Of a stretch of DNA of 64,000 nucleotides, positions 35,137 to 44,710 are shown one piece after another (positions within the stretch are counted from its first letter, which is position 1; every line of letters begins with the position of its first letter). Made by a program: the position numbers and the translations under genes. The notes beneath the pieces are model-generated. The model saw only the letters and a list, made by a program, of their open reading frames with translations, was not told the origin of the DNA and did no database searches. The DNA comes from a virus. The stretch lies in the IMG/VR virus record IMGVR_UViG_2700989538_000002, one strand, 5' to 3'.

Positions 35137-35420
35137 ACGCGCTTCTGAGAGCTCGCCCTATCGACCCGGAGAACAGTTTCTTCAAGGTCAACCCTGGACT
35201 TTCCAAGCGGGAAGCCTTGGACGAGGCCAGCGTCATTCTGGCCGGACTCAGCGACATCCTCATCTCCCTCGTCGAGGGTAGCCCCATGGATGGCAATGGC
35301 TACCACGCGCTGGCGTACCTGAGTGATGCGGCAAAGGCGCTGGTGGATGCCGCCATCCCTCTGCCTGCGGAGGAGGCGGAAATCGCCGCTGCGCTCAATG
35401 CAAAGGAGCGCCGCCAATGA
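35133..35420 (+). CDS. hypothetical early-right protein
   Basis: 4-nt overlap chain. Confidence 0.4.
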   Translation: MNALLRARPIDPENSFFKVNPGLSKREALDEASVILAGLSDILISLVEGSPMDGNGYHALAYLSDAAKALVDAAIPLPAEEAEIAAALNAKERRQ

Positions 35421-35725
35421 ACCTCGCGACACTGCTCAGCAATCAGTGCTCCCCGGTCCCCGATGAAGTTCTGACCGATAAGCAGATCCGCTCCATCAAG
35501 TTGGATCGTGGTACGGCTCGCCATGCGGCTCAGAACATGGCGCTTGGTGTCGCCGCAGTCGGGAAACTGCTGGCGCTTACCAGTGCAGAAGGCGAGCTCG
35601 ATCAGGAGACCGCCGAGCGTCTCGGATGGTTCTTGGAGGAGGTTGGCGGTGCCATCTTCCAGTTGGCGGAGTTCGAACAGGTCTGTTCTGCTCGAATCGA
35701 TCGGCAGAAGGAGCGGAAGCAATGA
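35417..35725 (+). CDS. hypothetical early-right protein
   Basis: 4-nt overlap chain. Confidence 0.4.
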   Translation: MNLATLLSNQCSPVPDEVLTDKQIRSIKLDRGTARHAAQNMALGVAAVGKLLALTSAEGELDQETAERLGWFLEEVGGAIFQLAEFEQVCSARIDRQKERKQ

Positions 35726-36318
35726 GCGCCTCAATCACCATGCTCCGCCAGGGTATTCGGGCAGAGCGCGACCTGACCTCGCACCTCTGGACGATCCTCA
35801 ACGAAATGCGGCTACAAAGGCAACTCCCAGAGTGGGCCGAGCGCGCCATCGATGGCACTTCGCAGCAGGCGGACGAGATCAGTGCGCATCGCAAGCAGGT
35901 CGACACGGTCCTGTTCGAGTTGGTCCCTGGGCTTCGCGAGGATGTCGAAAGGACTGATCGCGAGAGCTACCTCGAATGGAGAGCCCGTGAGCGCGAGGTT
36001 AAGGACGCGCTGGGAGGTGTCATGCCTGATCTCTCGAAGGCACAGGCCTCTCGTCCTCCGCTTCCTGTCGACGGGGAGGTGATGGAGCGGGTCGAGCTCA
36101 GTCGTAATGAGTTCGATCTATTCAACCACGCTCGGAGCGATATGACGCAACTTCGGGCTCTGCTGATGGACTCGGTCGTACCTGCCCTAGGTGGTGGAGG
36201 GCACCCCGTTGTGACGGAGATTCATGACCTGATCGAGCGGATCATCTTGTGCACCGGGAATTTTCTCTACCGCTACAACCAGCAGATCGGCGCCGCCTAT
36301 CGGGAGCGTGACCTGTGA
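35722..36318 (+). CDS. hypothetical early-right protein, 198 aa
   Basis: ATG at 35722 within the track ORF 35626..36318. Confidence 0.4.
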   Translation: MSASITMLRQGIRAERDLTSHLWTILNEMRLQRQLPEWAERAIDGTSQQADEISAHRKQVDTVLFELVPGLREDVERTDRESYLEWRAREREVKDALGGVMPDLSKAQASRPPLPVDGEVMERVELSRNEFDLFNHARSDMTQLRALLMDSVVPALGGGGHPVVTEIHDLIERIILCTGNFLYRYNQQIGAAYRERDL

Positions 36319-36644
36319 ACCCTGGCAGCTTCGATACCGGCGACACGTTTCAGCGTGCGTCTTCAGGCGATGGAATTCTGTTCTGGTTCATCTCCACACC
36401 GGCCGTTCAGAAGGGTGGGATTGCGATAGCCCAGATGGTCGCTCCGTTCTCGACCGAGGAAGAGGCCCAGCGCGGCGCCGATCTGCTGAACGACCGCTAC
36501 CCCGGCAACCGTTGCTGGGTAGGCCGTGGCGAGTACGCGCCGGAATACGCCACCCCGGATCGTTTGGACCACGACGCCAAGCGAGCACGCGCCGACCTCG
36601 CCGGGCTTCTGTCTGGCATTACCGGGAGGAGCGGCCATGACTGA
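36315..36644 (+). CDS. hypothetical early-right protein
   Basis: 4-nt overlap chain. Confidence 0.4.
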   Translation: MNPGSFDTGDTFQRASSGDGILFWFISTPAVQKGGIAIAQMVAPFSTEEEAQRGADLLNDRYPGNRCWVGRGEYAPEYATPDRLDHDAKRARADLAGLLSGITGRSGHD

Positions 36645-37407
36645 TCTGACCGGCTTCGGCGGCCAGGCCGCCACCATGACCAGCCGGGAGATCGCGGATC
36701 TTGTCGAGGCTCGCCACAACGACGTTGTCACGACCATCGAACGTCTCTTCGACAAGGGTCTTTTACGATCAAGTCGTAAAACTCGCCGGGAGTCCACCGG
36801 TGGCCGTCCGATCGCTGTGTATGACCTGATCGAGAGGGATACTCACCTGGTCGTTGCTGGTTACAGCGATGAGCATCGTGCCCGAGTGATCGACCGCTGG
36901 CAGCAGCTTGAGGCTGAGCGTACCGGTCGCGATTACCAGATCCCGCGTACCCGAGCCGAGGCCCTGCGGCTGGCTGCTGACCTGGAGGAACAGAACGCCG
37001 TCCTGCAACTGGAGAATCAGCACCAGGCCGAGACCATCTCCAGCCTTGAATCGCTGTTCATGGTAGGCGAGACGCCTACTCAGTTCTGCAAGCGCCTGAA
37101 CGGGGTGAACTGCGCCAAGGTAAACAGCACCCTGTGCCAACTCGGCTGGCTCTTCAATGAGCAGCGCGAAGAGGAGGGCGCACCGCGGTATCGCGTCGCC
37201 AGCCGTGTCCGCGACAAGTACCTCACCGAGCGCCCGCGCAAAATCGCCCCCGAGGGCGGTGACTCCTTCATCAAGTACGACCTGCAGTTGCTGCTGGCCG
37301 GCGCCCAGCGCCTGCACCAACTCTACATGCAGCAAAAGCTGGTCATGAAAGCCACCTGGGACGGCCGGTTCACGCAGGCCAAGTACACCGGGGAGACCAT
37401 CCAATGA
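36637..37407 (+). CDS. Rha-family phage regulatory protein with KilA-C / antirepressor-like C-domain
   Basis: MTSREIADLVEARHNDVVTTIERL follows the Phage_pRha N-terminal signature. The C-terminal part resembles an AntA-type antirepressor. Confidence 0.55.
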   Translation: MTDLTGFGGQAATMTSREIADLVEARHNDVVTTIERLFDKGLLRSSRKTRRESTGGRPIAVYDLIERDTHLVVAGYSDEHRARVIDRWQQLEAERTGRDYQIPRTRAEALRLAADLEEQNAVLQLENQHQAETISSLESLFMVGETPTQFCKRLNGVNCAKVNSTLCQLGWLFNEQREEEGAPRYRVASRVRDKYLTERPRKIAPEGGDSFIKYDLQLLLAGAQRLHQLYMQQKLVMKATWDGRFTQAKYTGETIQ

Positions 37408-37634
37408 CCACACAACCGAAACCGGGCCGGATCACCACCAGCCCCAACGGCCGCCCGGTGATCGCCGGGCCCTGGCCGTCCTACCGTCAATTCCGCGACC
37501 TGCCCGAGCGTAAGCGCTGGGTGCTCTACGGCCACGCCAAGGCATGCCGCGGTGCGCTTGAAGATCAAGGTTTCCTCATGGCCGAGGGATATCACGACTT
37601 CGTGAAGCGCGTCACCGAGGAGTTAGACATATGA
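37404..37634 (+). CDS. hypothetical protein
   Basis: ORF in the track. Confidence 0.35.
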   Translation: MTTQPKPGRITTSPNGRPVIAGPWPSYRQFRDLPERKRWVLYGHAKACRGALEDQGFLMAEGYHDFVKRVTEELDI

Positions 37635-38470
37635 GCGTTCAGGCCATGACCTGGGCACTGGAGCAGCAGGTCGTTACCGATGCCGCCATGAGGCATGTGC
37701 TGTTGTGCCTGGCGAACTATGCCAACGAGGCGGGAAAGGGGGCGTTCCCTTCTATCGCCACGCTGAGCAGTGATACAGGGCTATCCGAGCGGACTGTCCA
37801 GTACAAGCTCCGGTCCCTCGAGGAGGCTGGTGTGATTCGCCGTGGAAACCAGGCAATCGCTGCCGCCTACATCTCGCACCGGGATCGCCTGCCGATGGTG
37901 TACGACCTCTCGATGGAACGGGGTGCAACGGTTGCACCGGGTGCAAATGACGACGTAACGGGGTGCAAACCACGACGTAACGGGGTGCAACTGACGACAC
38001 AACGGGGTGCAACGGTTGCACCCGATCCGTCACTTAACCACCAAAGAACCACCAATGAACCTAAAGAGCATGTCCAAACCGGCGAAACCGGTTCGGACGA
38101 CGTGGGTGATCGGAAGGGAAAACCCGAGTCTGGGAAGCGGACGACCAAGCCCAATCCTCTGGATGGTTTCGAGGAGTTTTACCAGGCCTACCCAAAGCAC
38201 AAGGATCGAGCGAAGGCAGAGAAGGCTTGGCGGAAGATCGACCCTGCTCTGCACCCTGTGATCATGGCGGCGCTTCCGAAGCACTGCCGACAACGTGATT
38301 GGCTGAAGGACAACGGCCAGTTCGTTCCGCTGCCGGCCAGTTGGCTCAACGGGCGACGATGGGAAGACGAGATAGCCCCTGATGCTGGCCCGGCATCGAA
38401 CTTCACCAACCTCCCCAAGCACACCCCCGACATGTATCAGGACCGCGACGATGGCAGAGCAAATTTTTAA
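37631..38470 (+). CDS. replication initiation protein (lambda O-like; N-terminal wHTH) with internal origin iterons
   Basis: VLLCLANYANEAGKGAFPSIATLSSDTGLSERTVQYKLRSLEEAGVI is a replisome-organiser HTH. Iterons lie inside the gene. A DnaC-like and a DnaB gene follow. Confidence 0.55.
   Translation: MSVQAMTWALEQQVVTDAAMRHVLLCLANYANEAGKGAFPSIATLSSDTGLSERTVQYKLRSLEEAGVIRRGNQAIAAAYISHRDRLPMVYDLSMERGATVAPGANDDVTGCKPRRNGVQLTTQRGATVAPDPSLNHQRTTNEPKEHVQTGETGSDDVGDRKGKPESGKRTTKPNPLDGFEEFYQAYPKHKDRAKAEKAWRKIDPALHPVIMAALPKHCRQRDWLKDNGQFVPLPASWLNGRRWEDEIAPDAGPASNFTNLPKHTPDMYQDRDDGRANF
37925..38030 (+). repeat. origin-like iterons: ACGGGGTGCAA x4 (starting at 37925, 37965, 37987, 38009), the outer two followed by the palindrome GGTGCAACGGTTGCACC (37928-37944, 38012-38028)
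   Basis: Read from the sequence. Same arrangement as lambda ori inside O. Confidence 0.55.
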
Positions 38471-39266
38471 CTTCTGGCGTAAACCCAACCGCAAGAGCGA
38501 AGAAAGCCCTTCTCTTCGCTGCCCGGTTCACGGTGACTACCACGCGATCCAGGTGGAGCAGTTTGATGGCAGCTACTTGACCTGGTCTTGCTCTCGGTGT
38601 GTTTGGGATGGGGTGAGTCGCGGGCCGGGGAGCGAGGAGTTTTCGGTGGCCCTGGCTGAGAAAACCCAACGCAAGATCAACGAGTTGCTGGTTGGCTCTG
38701 GCATCCCCGCTCGCTACCGGGTCAGCACTTTCGAGACTTACCGCACCGATGGCAAGGCGGAGAAGGCGGCGGTGCTGGAAGCATGCCGGGAGTATGCCGA
38801 GCGATTCGTGGAGAACTTCCAGGACGGCCGCTGCCTCTTGCTCCTGGGCAACCTTGGGACGGGCAAGACCCATCTCGCGTGCTCAATCGTCCAGTACGTC
38901 GTACGGAACCTTCAGGCCCAAGCAGTGATCACCTCGGCGTCGGAAATAATCCGTGTGGCTAAGGGGGCGATGAATCGGGCGGCGAAGTACACCGAACGGG
39001 ACGCTCTCGAAGAACTGGCGGGCTTCGACCTGTTGGTGATCGACGAGCTCGGCGCGCAGAGCGGTACCGAGTACGAATTGGGGCTGCTCCATGAGGTGAT
39101 TGACCGCCGGTATCGGGAGATGCGGCCTACGGTGGTGGTTTCGAACATGAGCGCGCAGGAGGTCGCCAAGTACATCGGTGATCGTGCGGTGGATCGTCTC
39201 CGCGAGAACGGCGGCAAGGCTGTTGGTTTCACCTGGGGCTCCGCTCGCCGGGAGGTTCTGGAGTGA
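38451..39266 (+). CDS. DnaC/IstB-like AAA+ helicase loader
   Basis: Walker A LLLGNLGTGKTHLA and Walker B DLLVIDELG. Confidence 0.7.
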   Translation: MAEQIFNFWRKPNRKSEESPSLRCPVHGDYHAIQVEQFDGSYLTWSCSRCVWDGVSRGPGSEEFSVALAEKTQRKINELLVGSGIPARYRVSTFETYRTDGKAEKAAVLEACREYAERFVENFQDGRCLLLLGNLGTGKTHLACSIVQYVVRNLQAQAVITSASEIIRVAKGAMNRAAKYTERDALEELAGFDLLVIDELGAQSGTEYELGLLHEVIDRRYREMRPTVVVSNMSAQEVAKYIGDRAVDRLRENGGKAVGFTWGSARREVLE

Positions 39267-40660
39267 GCCGGGAGCTGTACAGCGAAGAGGCTGAGTTCGG
39301 CGTGCTCGGCGCTATCTTGCAGTCCGCGCTCCAGCAGAATCAGGCGCTGGTTGACGAGGCCTTGTCCAGCGTGACCGCTGCCGATTTCTACTTCGAGGAT
39401 AACGCCGCGCTGTTCCAGGCGATCAAGGATTGCTACGAGGAAGGGATTCCCGTCGATCCGGTGACCGTGGGAGTGGTCTGCGATGTGCTGCCCAGCGGCG
39501 CGAAGCTCATTCCCTATGCCGGGAACATTGCCCGCAATGTGCCTTCGGTGGCGAACTGGAGGACGTACGTCCGGCACGTCCGGGAGCGGGCCATCCTGCG
39601 TTGCTTGATCGACACGGCCGAGTCGGTGAAGGCCTCCGCCACGGATGACCGACCGTTGCCTGAGATCATCGCCAGAGCGCAGCAGGCGATGGCGGACCTG
39701 CGCGACCTCGATGACGAGGCGCCGAAGTACAAGCGGCTCGACGAGGTGATGCTCAAGGCTGTCGACGTTATCGACGACAAGTTCAACGGCCGCGCGCCTC
39801 AGTGGCCTAGCACTGGCCTGGCCGATCTCGACAAACTGGTGCGCGGCATCCGCCCTCGGAAGCTCACCGTTATCGCCGGCCTTCCCGGCAGTGGCAAGAC
39901 CACACTTGCCCTGCAGATCGCCCAGTACAACGCCTGCGAGGCAGGGGAGCCCTGGCTGGTGTTCTCCCTGGAAATGCCTGAGGAGGAGTTGGGTGTGCGT
40001 TCCATCGCCTCGCTGGGCGGAGTGGACCTGAAGCGCCTGGACGATCCGCAGCAGTTGGGTGACGACGACTGGCCGCGCATCACATCTGCGGTGGCCAAGG
40101 CCAAGGGGGCGCCCTTGTTCATCTGCGACGATCCCAACGTGACCGCCAGCCAGATCCGCAGCACCGCGCGGCGTGTCAAGCGTGAGCACGGCCTGGCCGG
40201 CATCGTCGTCGACTATCTGGGCCTGATTCCACCAGAGGCGAAAGGGCGCACGCGCAGCGAGGAAGTGGGCAAGACCAACAAGTCGCTGTTGCGCCTGGCC
40301 AAGGAGCTCGGCGTTCCAGTCATCGAGCTGGCGCAGCTCAACCGCGACTCGACCAAGCGCCCCGGTAAGCGCCCGCAGTCGAGCGACCTGCGCGACTCGG
40401 GGGAGATCGAGGCCGACGCCAGTTGCATCCTGATGGTCCACCGGGACATGGACAGCGAGGCCGGCCAGAACGGCATCACCGAGATCCTGATGACCAAGTG
40501 CCGACACGCGCCGCCGGGCATGTGCCTGCTCCAGCAGCAGGGCATGTACGGACGATTCGTCAACTTCGCCGGCTCACGCGAGATGAGCCAAGAGGAGATC
40601 GAGATGGGGCGTAGCTACTTCGCCAACAAGCACGGCAAGAAAAAGGGGAAGGCCGCATGA
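39263..40660 (+). CDS. dnaB: replicative DNA helicase DnaB (phage-encoded)
   Basis: N-domain EAEFGVLGAIL. Walker A AGLPGSGKTTLAL. Also IVVDYLGLI and a LAQLNRD...RPQSSDLRDSGEIEADA arginine-finger region. Confidence 0.85.
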   Translation: MSRELYSEEAEFGVLGAILQSALQQNQALVDEALSSVTAADFYFEDNAALFQAIKDCYEEGIPVDPVTVGVVCDVLPSGAKLIPYAGNIARNVPSVANWRTYVRHVRERAILRCLIDTAESVKASATDDRPLPEIIARAQQAMADLRDLDDEAPKYKRLDEVMLKAVDVIDDKFNGRAPQWPSTGLADLDKLVRGIRPRKLTVIAGLPGSGKTTLALQIAQYNACEAGEPWLVFSLEMPEEELGVRSIASLGGVDLKRLDDPQQLGDDDWPRITSAVAKAKGAPLFICDDPNVTASQIRSTARRVKREHGLAGIVVDYLGLIPPEAKGRTRSEEVGKTNKSLLRLAKELGVPVIELAQLNRDSTKRPGKRPQSSDLRDSGEIEADASCILMVHRDMDSEAGQNGITEILMTKCRHAPPGMCLLQQQGMYGRFVNFAGSREMSQEEIEMGRSYFANKHGKKKGKAA

Positions 40661-40935
40661 GCAACGTACAACCGATGGCACCCCGCAAGGTCATGACCAG
40701 GCTGGAGCGGGAGTTTCTCAAGGTGGCCGGCCAGGAGCTGGCGCAGGTCAAGGTGGGCGGTGCTGCTGCCTTGGCTGCGCTGTTGGTCATGATCGCCAAC
40801 TGGCACGGCGACCGCGGCACTCTGGGTTTTCACGACTATGGCCGGCTCTGGTTGCTGGACGGCAATGCGAAGGGCGCGGCGGTGGAAGCGCTGCTGCGCG
40901 ATCTGTTTGGCCTGAACGGTCCGGGGGCGGCATGA
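40657..40935 (+). CDS. hypothetical protein
   Basis: ORF in the track. Confidence 0.35.
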   Translation: MSNVQPMAPRKVMTRLEREFLKVAGQELAQVKVGGAAALAALLVMIANWHGDRGTLGFHDYGRLWLLDGNAKGAAVEALLRDLFGLNGPGAA

Positions 40936-41321
40936 GCAGAACTCGAACCTACGTGGACAAGCTGCTGGGCGATACCGAGTACCTCCTCGAGCAGTGGGGG
41001 TGGTGGCGAATGGATGGAATGGGGGTTCCCGGATATGTGTCGCCGGCCGCCGCTATCATGAGCCAAGCCATGCCAATGTCGAGCCCCAAGGCCTACCACG
41101 TCACTGATGATATGGCCTTGGCGGTCGACCGGGTCATTGCTCGACTCATCGACAGGGCGCCGCAGGCCGGCGACTTCGTGTGGCTCTACTACGGCGCGAA
41201 GTGGCCGGCCCTGCGCATTGCGCGTGAACACCAGATCGGCGAGGCCAAGGTCAGGGAGACTCTGAAGTTGGCGGTGGGATGGGTCGACAGCGCCCTGGAG
41301 CGGTTCCGCGAGAGCGCTTGA
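40932..41321 (+). CDS. putative late-gene antiterminator (Q-like)
   Basis: Sits between the replication and lysis modules and is followed by a strong terminator. WGWW motif and C-terminal helical DNA-binding-like segment. The family assignment is from memory only. Confidence 0.4.
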   Translation: MSRTRTYVDKLLGDTEYLLEQWGWWRMDGMGVPGYVSPAAAIMSQAMPMSSPKAYHVTDDMALAVDRVIARLIDRAPQAGDFVWLYYGAKWPALRIAREHQIGEAKVRETLKLAVGWVDSALERFRESA

Positions 41322-41400
41322 AGAAATAGTTTTACGCGCGGAATGAAGGGTGTTTTCATACCAGCGTGAATTGCTGTGAACGCAGCGTGACGCACTCGAA

Positions 41401-41426
41401 ACCCGGCCCTGGCGCCGGGTTTTTCT
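41401..41426 (+). terminator. rho-independent terminator ACCCGGC-CCTGGC-GCCGGGT + TTTTT
   Basis: Perfect 7-bp stem plus a T-run, 80 nt after the Q-like gene. Confidence 0.5.
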
Positions 41427-41482
41427 TGCCTCACGATTACCGTCACTCGAAAATGTCGCTTTGACTGCTGGGAAGGGCAAAG

Positions 41483-41707
41483 ATGGTTTTGCGTGGAATG
41501 GCTCAAATGCACATTGATGATCTGGCTGAGAGGTTCCAGATCATGGTGCGATCTCTAGCTGGAACAGACAGGCTGGATATCGTCTGGGTGGTGTTCTATC
41601 AGGGGCGAGTGTTCGGTGCTTATCCAGAGGTGGATCAGGCGCTTGAGAAAGTTTCAGAAATTGAACACTGCATCAGCGTTGACGAGGCCCCGACGCCACA
41701 GGTCTAG
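41483..41707 (+). CDS. hypothetical small protein
   Basis: ORF in the track. Confidence 0.3.
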   Translation: MVLRGMAQMHIDDLAERFQIMVRSLAGTDRLDIVWVVFYQGRVFGAYPEVDQALEKVSEIEHCISVDEAPTPQV

Positions 41708-41951
41708 GAGATCGCAGAACTTCATAGCGGGTTGTCAGAATTTTCTGATCTCGTCATCATCCCCCCGTCTGACTCGATGTTTTCCTTCCTTGGCTTTCAG
41801 CGAGATGGGCGGGAGGCCCGGAAGATCCCCTCTCCCGGGCCTTTTTAGTTTCCGAAGGCCAGAAATTCGGTAGACGGCAGTCTCACCTGCCACATCGGGC
41901 TGTAAGCAAAGTGACGGGTTACCGACCCACAAGGCCTTCACCCTTGCGATA

Positions 41952-42203
41952 ATGACCGCCTTGACGTTGAGAGGTGGCTCGATGAGAAATCCTGATATCA
42001 AGGTCGTGAAGCTTGAAGGGGACGATCTTCCGCGTGCGCTTCGTGAATCTGGCTATTCGGCCTGTTATGTAGTGATGCATGGCTTCACACCGAAAGGAGG
42101 TTGTTTCTTGTCGGCAGAAGAGGCCGAGGCGGCAGCCGACGCCTTGCATGAGCAGATTCTTGGCGAGTTGAGATCGACGCTGGGCTCTGTCCGAGGGAAG
42201 TGA
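41952..42203 (+). CDS. hypothetical small protein
   Basis: ORF in the track. Confidence 0.35.
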   Translation: MTALTLRGGSMRNPDIKVVKLEGDDLPRALRESGYSACYVVMHGFTPKGGCFLSAEEAEAAADALHEQILGELRSTLGSVRGK

Positions 42204-42510
42204 CCGGTCAATGCAGGTGGAGCGCGGGATGCGCGCAGGGGTAGTGGCCCCTGCCACCTGCCCCCATTCCAGCCCGCTATTGGGCGAGGCTGTTTAAGGG
42301 GGGCTGATTGTTCTGATAGGTGACGCAGTTCCGTTTTCGTGGATTGGCCAGATCTGACGGGTTGCCCATGATGCGACAAATTGCCATCATCGGCTTGCCA
42401 ACACTTCAAGCCATCGGTTCGCTGTCCCCATCTCCTTCCGGTGGCTTGAGCTGAAAGCACTCCTTTTGTCCCCCGGCTTCGGCCGGGTTTTTAACCTGTG
42501 ACGAATAGTC

Positions 42511-42720
42511 TTGGTGGATCAACAGGGAGGCAGAGTGAGCTGCTATTGGATTGCCGAGACTGAAGTTGTCTCCACAGATGGACACTATCCAATCTATGCC
42601 ATCATGCGAGGAACGGTGATGGTGAGCGACGTTGTGTATTCGAGGGCCGACGCTGAAGCGTTGCTGAAAAATATGCGCGAGGCTAAAGACTCAAACACTG
42701 AAGAGACGCAGTCTGACTAA
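42511..42720 (+). CDS. hypothetical small protein
   Basis: ORF in the track, followed by a terminator. Confidence 0.35.
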   Translation: MVDQQGGRVSCYWIAETEVVSTDGHYPIYAIMRGTVMVSDVVYSRADAEALLKNMREAKDSNTEETQSD

Positions 42721-42766
42721 CGTGGACTACGGCTATCACTTCTTCTGAGCCAGATTGAACCATAAA

Positions 42767-42797
42767 GAGCCCAGCCTTCGAGCTGGGCTTTTTCGTT
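42767..42797 (+). terminator. rho-independent terminator (GCCCAGC-CTTCG-GCTGGGC + TTTTT)
   Basis: Seen in sequence. Confidence 0.45.
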
Positions 42798-42909
42798 TCC
42801 GCCGCAAGGCAACCCAACACGCAGCTAGGCCCGTACAGCCGAACGGCGGATGTCCGCTCATCCGTCCGCCCCGCTGCGCTCCTTTTTCCAGGTGAGTGGA
42901 GTGGATCAG

Positions 42910-43440
42910 ATGAGTGAAATTGATCTTGATGAGGCCAGCCTGCGTGACCTGGTAATGGTCAATGACGGCCAGGTCGTAACGACATCGCTGAAGGTGGCCG
43001 AACGCTTCGGAAAGCGGCACGACAACGTCCTTCGGGCTATCGACAACTTGGATTGCTCGGCTGGTTTCCGTCTCCTCAATTTTGAGGAGACGGTCATGTG
43101 GCGGGAAAATCCGAGCGGCGGAGAACCGATCAAGAGTCGAAGCTTCGACATGACCAAGGACGGCTTCATGTTCCTTGTGATGGGCTTTAGGGGTAAAGCC
43201 GCAGCTGCCTGGAAAGAAGCTTTCATCCATGCCTTCAACTGGATGGCCGAGCAGTTGTTCAAACGCTCAATGGACTTCAACACCATGCGCAACGAGCTGA
43301 TGGCGGAGTACCGACAGGAGCGAGGGATTGCCAGCCTGGCTGGCAAGACCCTGCGTCGATGGCAGATCAAGGCACCCGTCATCGAACAGAAGATCATCGA
43401 GATCGAGCGCGAAGGGCAGTTGCAGCTGTTTCACGCCTGA
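42910..43440 (+). CDS. Rha-family phage regulatory protein (second copy)
   Basis: VVTTSLKVAERFGKRHDNVLRAIDNL follows the Phage_pRha signature. ATG at 42910. Confidence 0.5.
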   Translation: MSEIDLDEASLRDLVMVNDGQVVTTSLKVAERFGKRHDNVLRAIDNLDCSAGFRLLNFEETVMWRENPSGGEPIKSRSFDMTKDGFMFLVMGFRGKAAAAWKEAFIHAFNWMAEQLFKRSMDFNTMRNELMAEYRQERGIASLAGKTLRRWQIKAPVIEQKIIEIEREGQLQLFHA

Positions 43441-43524
43441 TCCATCCGGAACCTACCCCGACGAACGAAAGCCCGCCACTGAGCGGGCTTCGTCGTTTTA
43501 GAACCCCTGCGAGGGGCAGAGACT

Positions 43525-43857
43525 ATGAAAATGCCAGAACGCCCTGAAACTTGGGCTGCGCTGCTTGCGTGGCTGTCTGCGCACTATCCGCAGTTGTACG
43601 CCGCCGGCTTGTCATTTGTGGTCGCGCTGACCCGGGTGATCTACGGCGGTGGAACGCGGCGCCAGGCGCTGCTCGAGGCAACGCTCTGCACCTTGATTAC
43701 CTTGGGTCTGATTCCGGTCCTTGAGTGGTTTGGCCTTCCGCAGAACATGGCTACTGCTGCCGGGGTGTTCACCGGTTTCCTGGGTGTGAAGAAGATCGCC
43801 GAGTTCGCTGATCGGATCGCCGACTGGAAGTTTCCGCGCCGGGGGGCTGGCGAATGA
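43525..43857 (+). CDS. holin (three predicted TM helices)
   Basis: Hydrophobic helices, charged C-terminus, and a 4-nt overlap with the endolysin gene. Confidence 0.5.
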   Translation: MKMPERPETWAALLAWLSAHYPQLYAAGLSFVVALTRVIYGGGTRRQALLEATLCTLITLGLIPVLEWFGLPQNMATAAGVFTGFLGVKKIAEFADRIADWKFPRRGAGE

Positions 43858-44471
43858 AGATCACCGCCGATCAACTCGACCGCGCTACCGGCTGCGGTGC
43901 TGCTACTGCCTCGACTTGGGTCGAACACATCAACGGCGCCATGGCTCGTTTCGAGATCAACACGGCTGAGCGGGTGGCGATGTTCCTGGCTCAGGTCGGG
44001 CACGAAAGCCAAAGCATCAAGCGAGTGGTCGAGAACCTGAACTACTCCGCAGAGGGGCTGCTCAAGACCTGGCCGACGCGGTTCACGCCGGCCGAGGCGA
44101 AGCAGTACGCCCGCCAGCCCGAGCGCATCGCGAACCGCGTCTACGCAAACCGGATGGGCAACGGGTCGCCGGATACGGGCGATGGGTATCGATACCGGGG
44201 ACGTGGCCTGATCATGATCACCGGCCACGACAACTACGCCGAAGCCGCCCGCGCCCTGGCGCTGCCACTGGTGGCGCAACCGGAGTTGCTTGAGCAACGG
44301 ACCTGGGCAGCAATCGCCGCGGGATGGTTCTGGCATTCGCGGGGTTTAAACGATCTGGCCGACCAGGGCCGTTTCGAGAAGATCACCCTCCGCATAAACG
44401 GATCGTTTACCGGGGCCGAGGATCGCAACGCCCGGCTCGAATGGGCGCGTGCTGCGCTCAAGGGGGAATGA
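43854..44471 (+). CDS. endolysin, glycoside hydrolase family 19 (chitinase-like lysozyme)
   Basis: RVAMFLAQVGHESQSIKRVVENLNYSAEGL...YRYRGRGLIMITGHDNY...GWFW matches GH19 phage lysozyme signatures. Confidence 0.8.
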   Translation: MKITADQLDRATGCGAATASTWVEHINGAMARFEINTAERVAMFLAQVGHESQSIKRVVENLNYSAEGLLKTWPTRFTPAEAKQYARQPERIANRVYANRMGNGSPDTGDGYRYRGRGLIMITGHDNYAEAARALALPLVAQPELLEQRTWAAIAAGWFWHSRGLNDLADQGRFEKITLRINGSFTGAEDRNARLEWARAALKGE

Positions 44472-44710
44472 TGCTCGGGTTCACGACGAAAGCCGAAGCT
44501 CAACAGCTCGGCGTCTCGCACCATGGGAGCTATTACGGCATTCCGATGTGGCTGGGGGATGTCGATAGCGATTGCCCGCTGGCGTTCGCCAAGTGGGCGC
44601 CGCTTGAGATGGTCGTTTCCCTGCTCTCGGTCATCGAGGGCATCGTGAATTCCATGCTCGATCAAGAGCCGACGTTCATGTTCAAGGTTGGCCGGAGGAT
44701 CGACCAGTGA
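44468..44710 (+). CDS. hypothetical protein, 80 aa
   Basis: ATG overlaps the endolysin stop. Confidence 0.3.
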   Translation: MMLGFTTKAEAQQLGVSHHGSYYGIPMWLGDVDSDCPLAFAKWAPLEMVVSLLSVIEGIVNSMLDQEPTFMFKVGRRIDQ

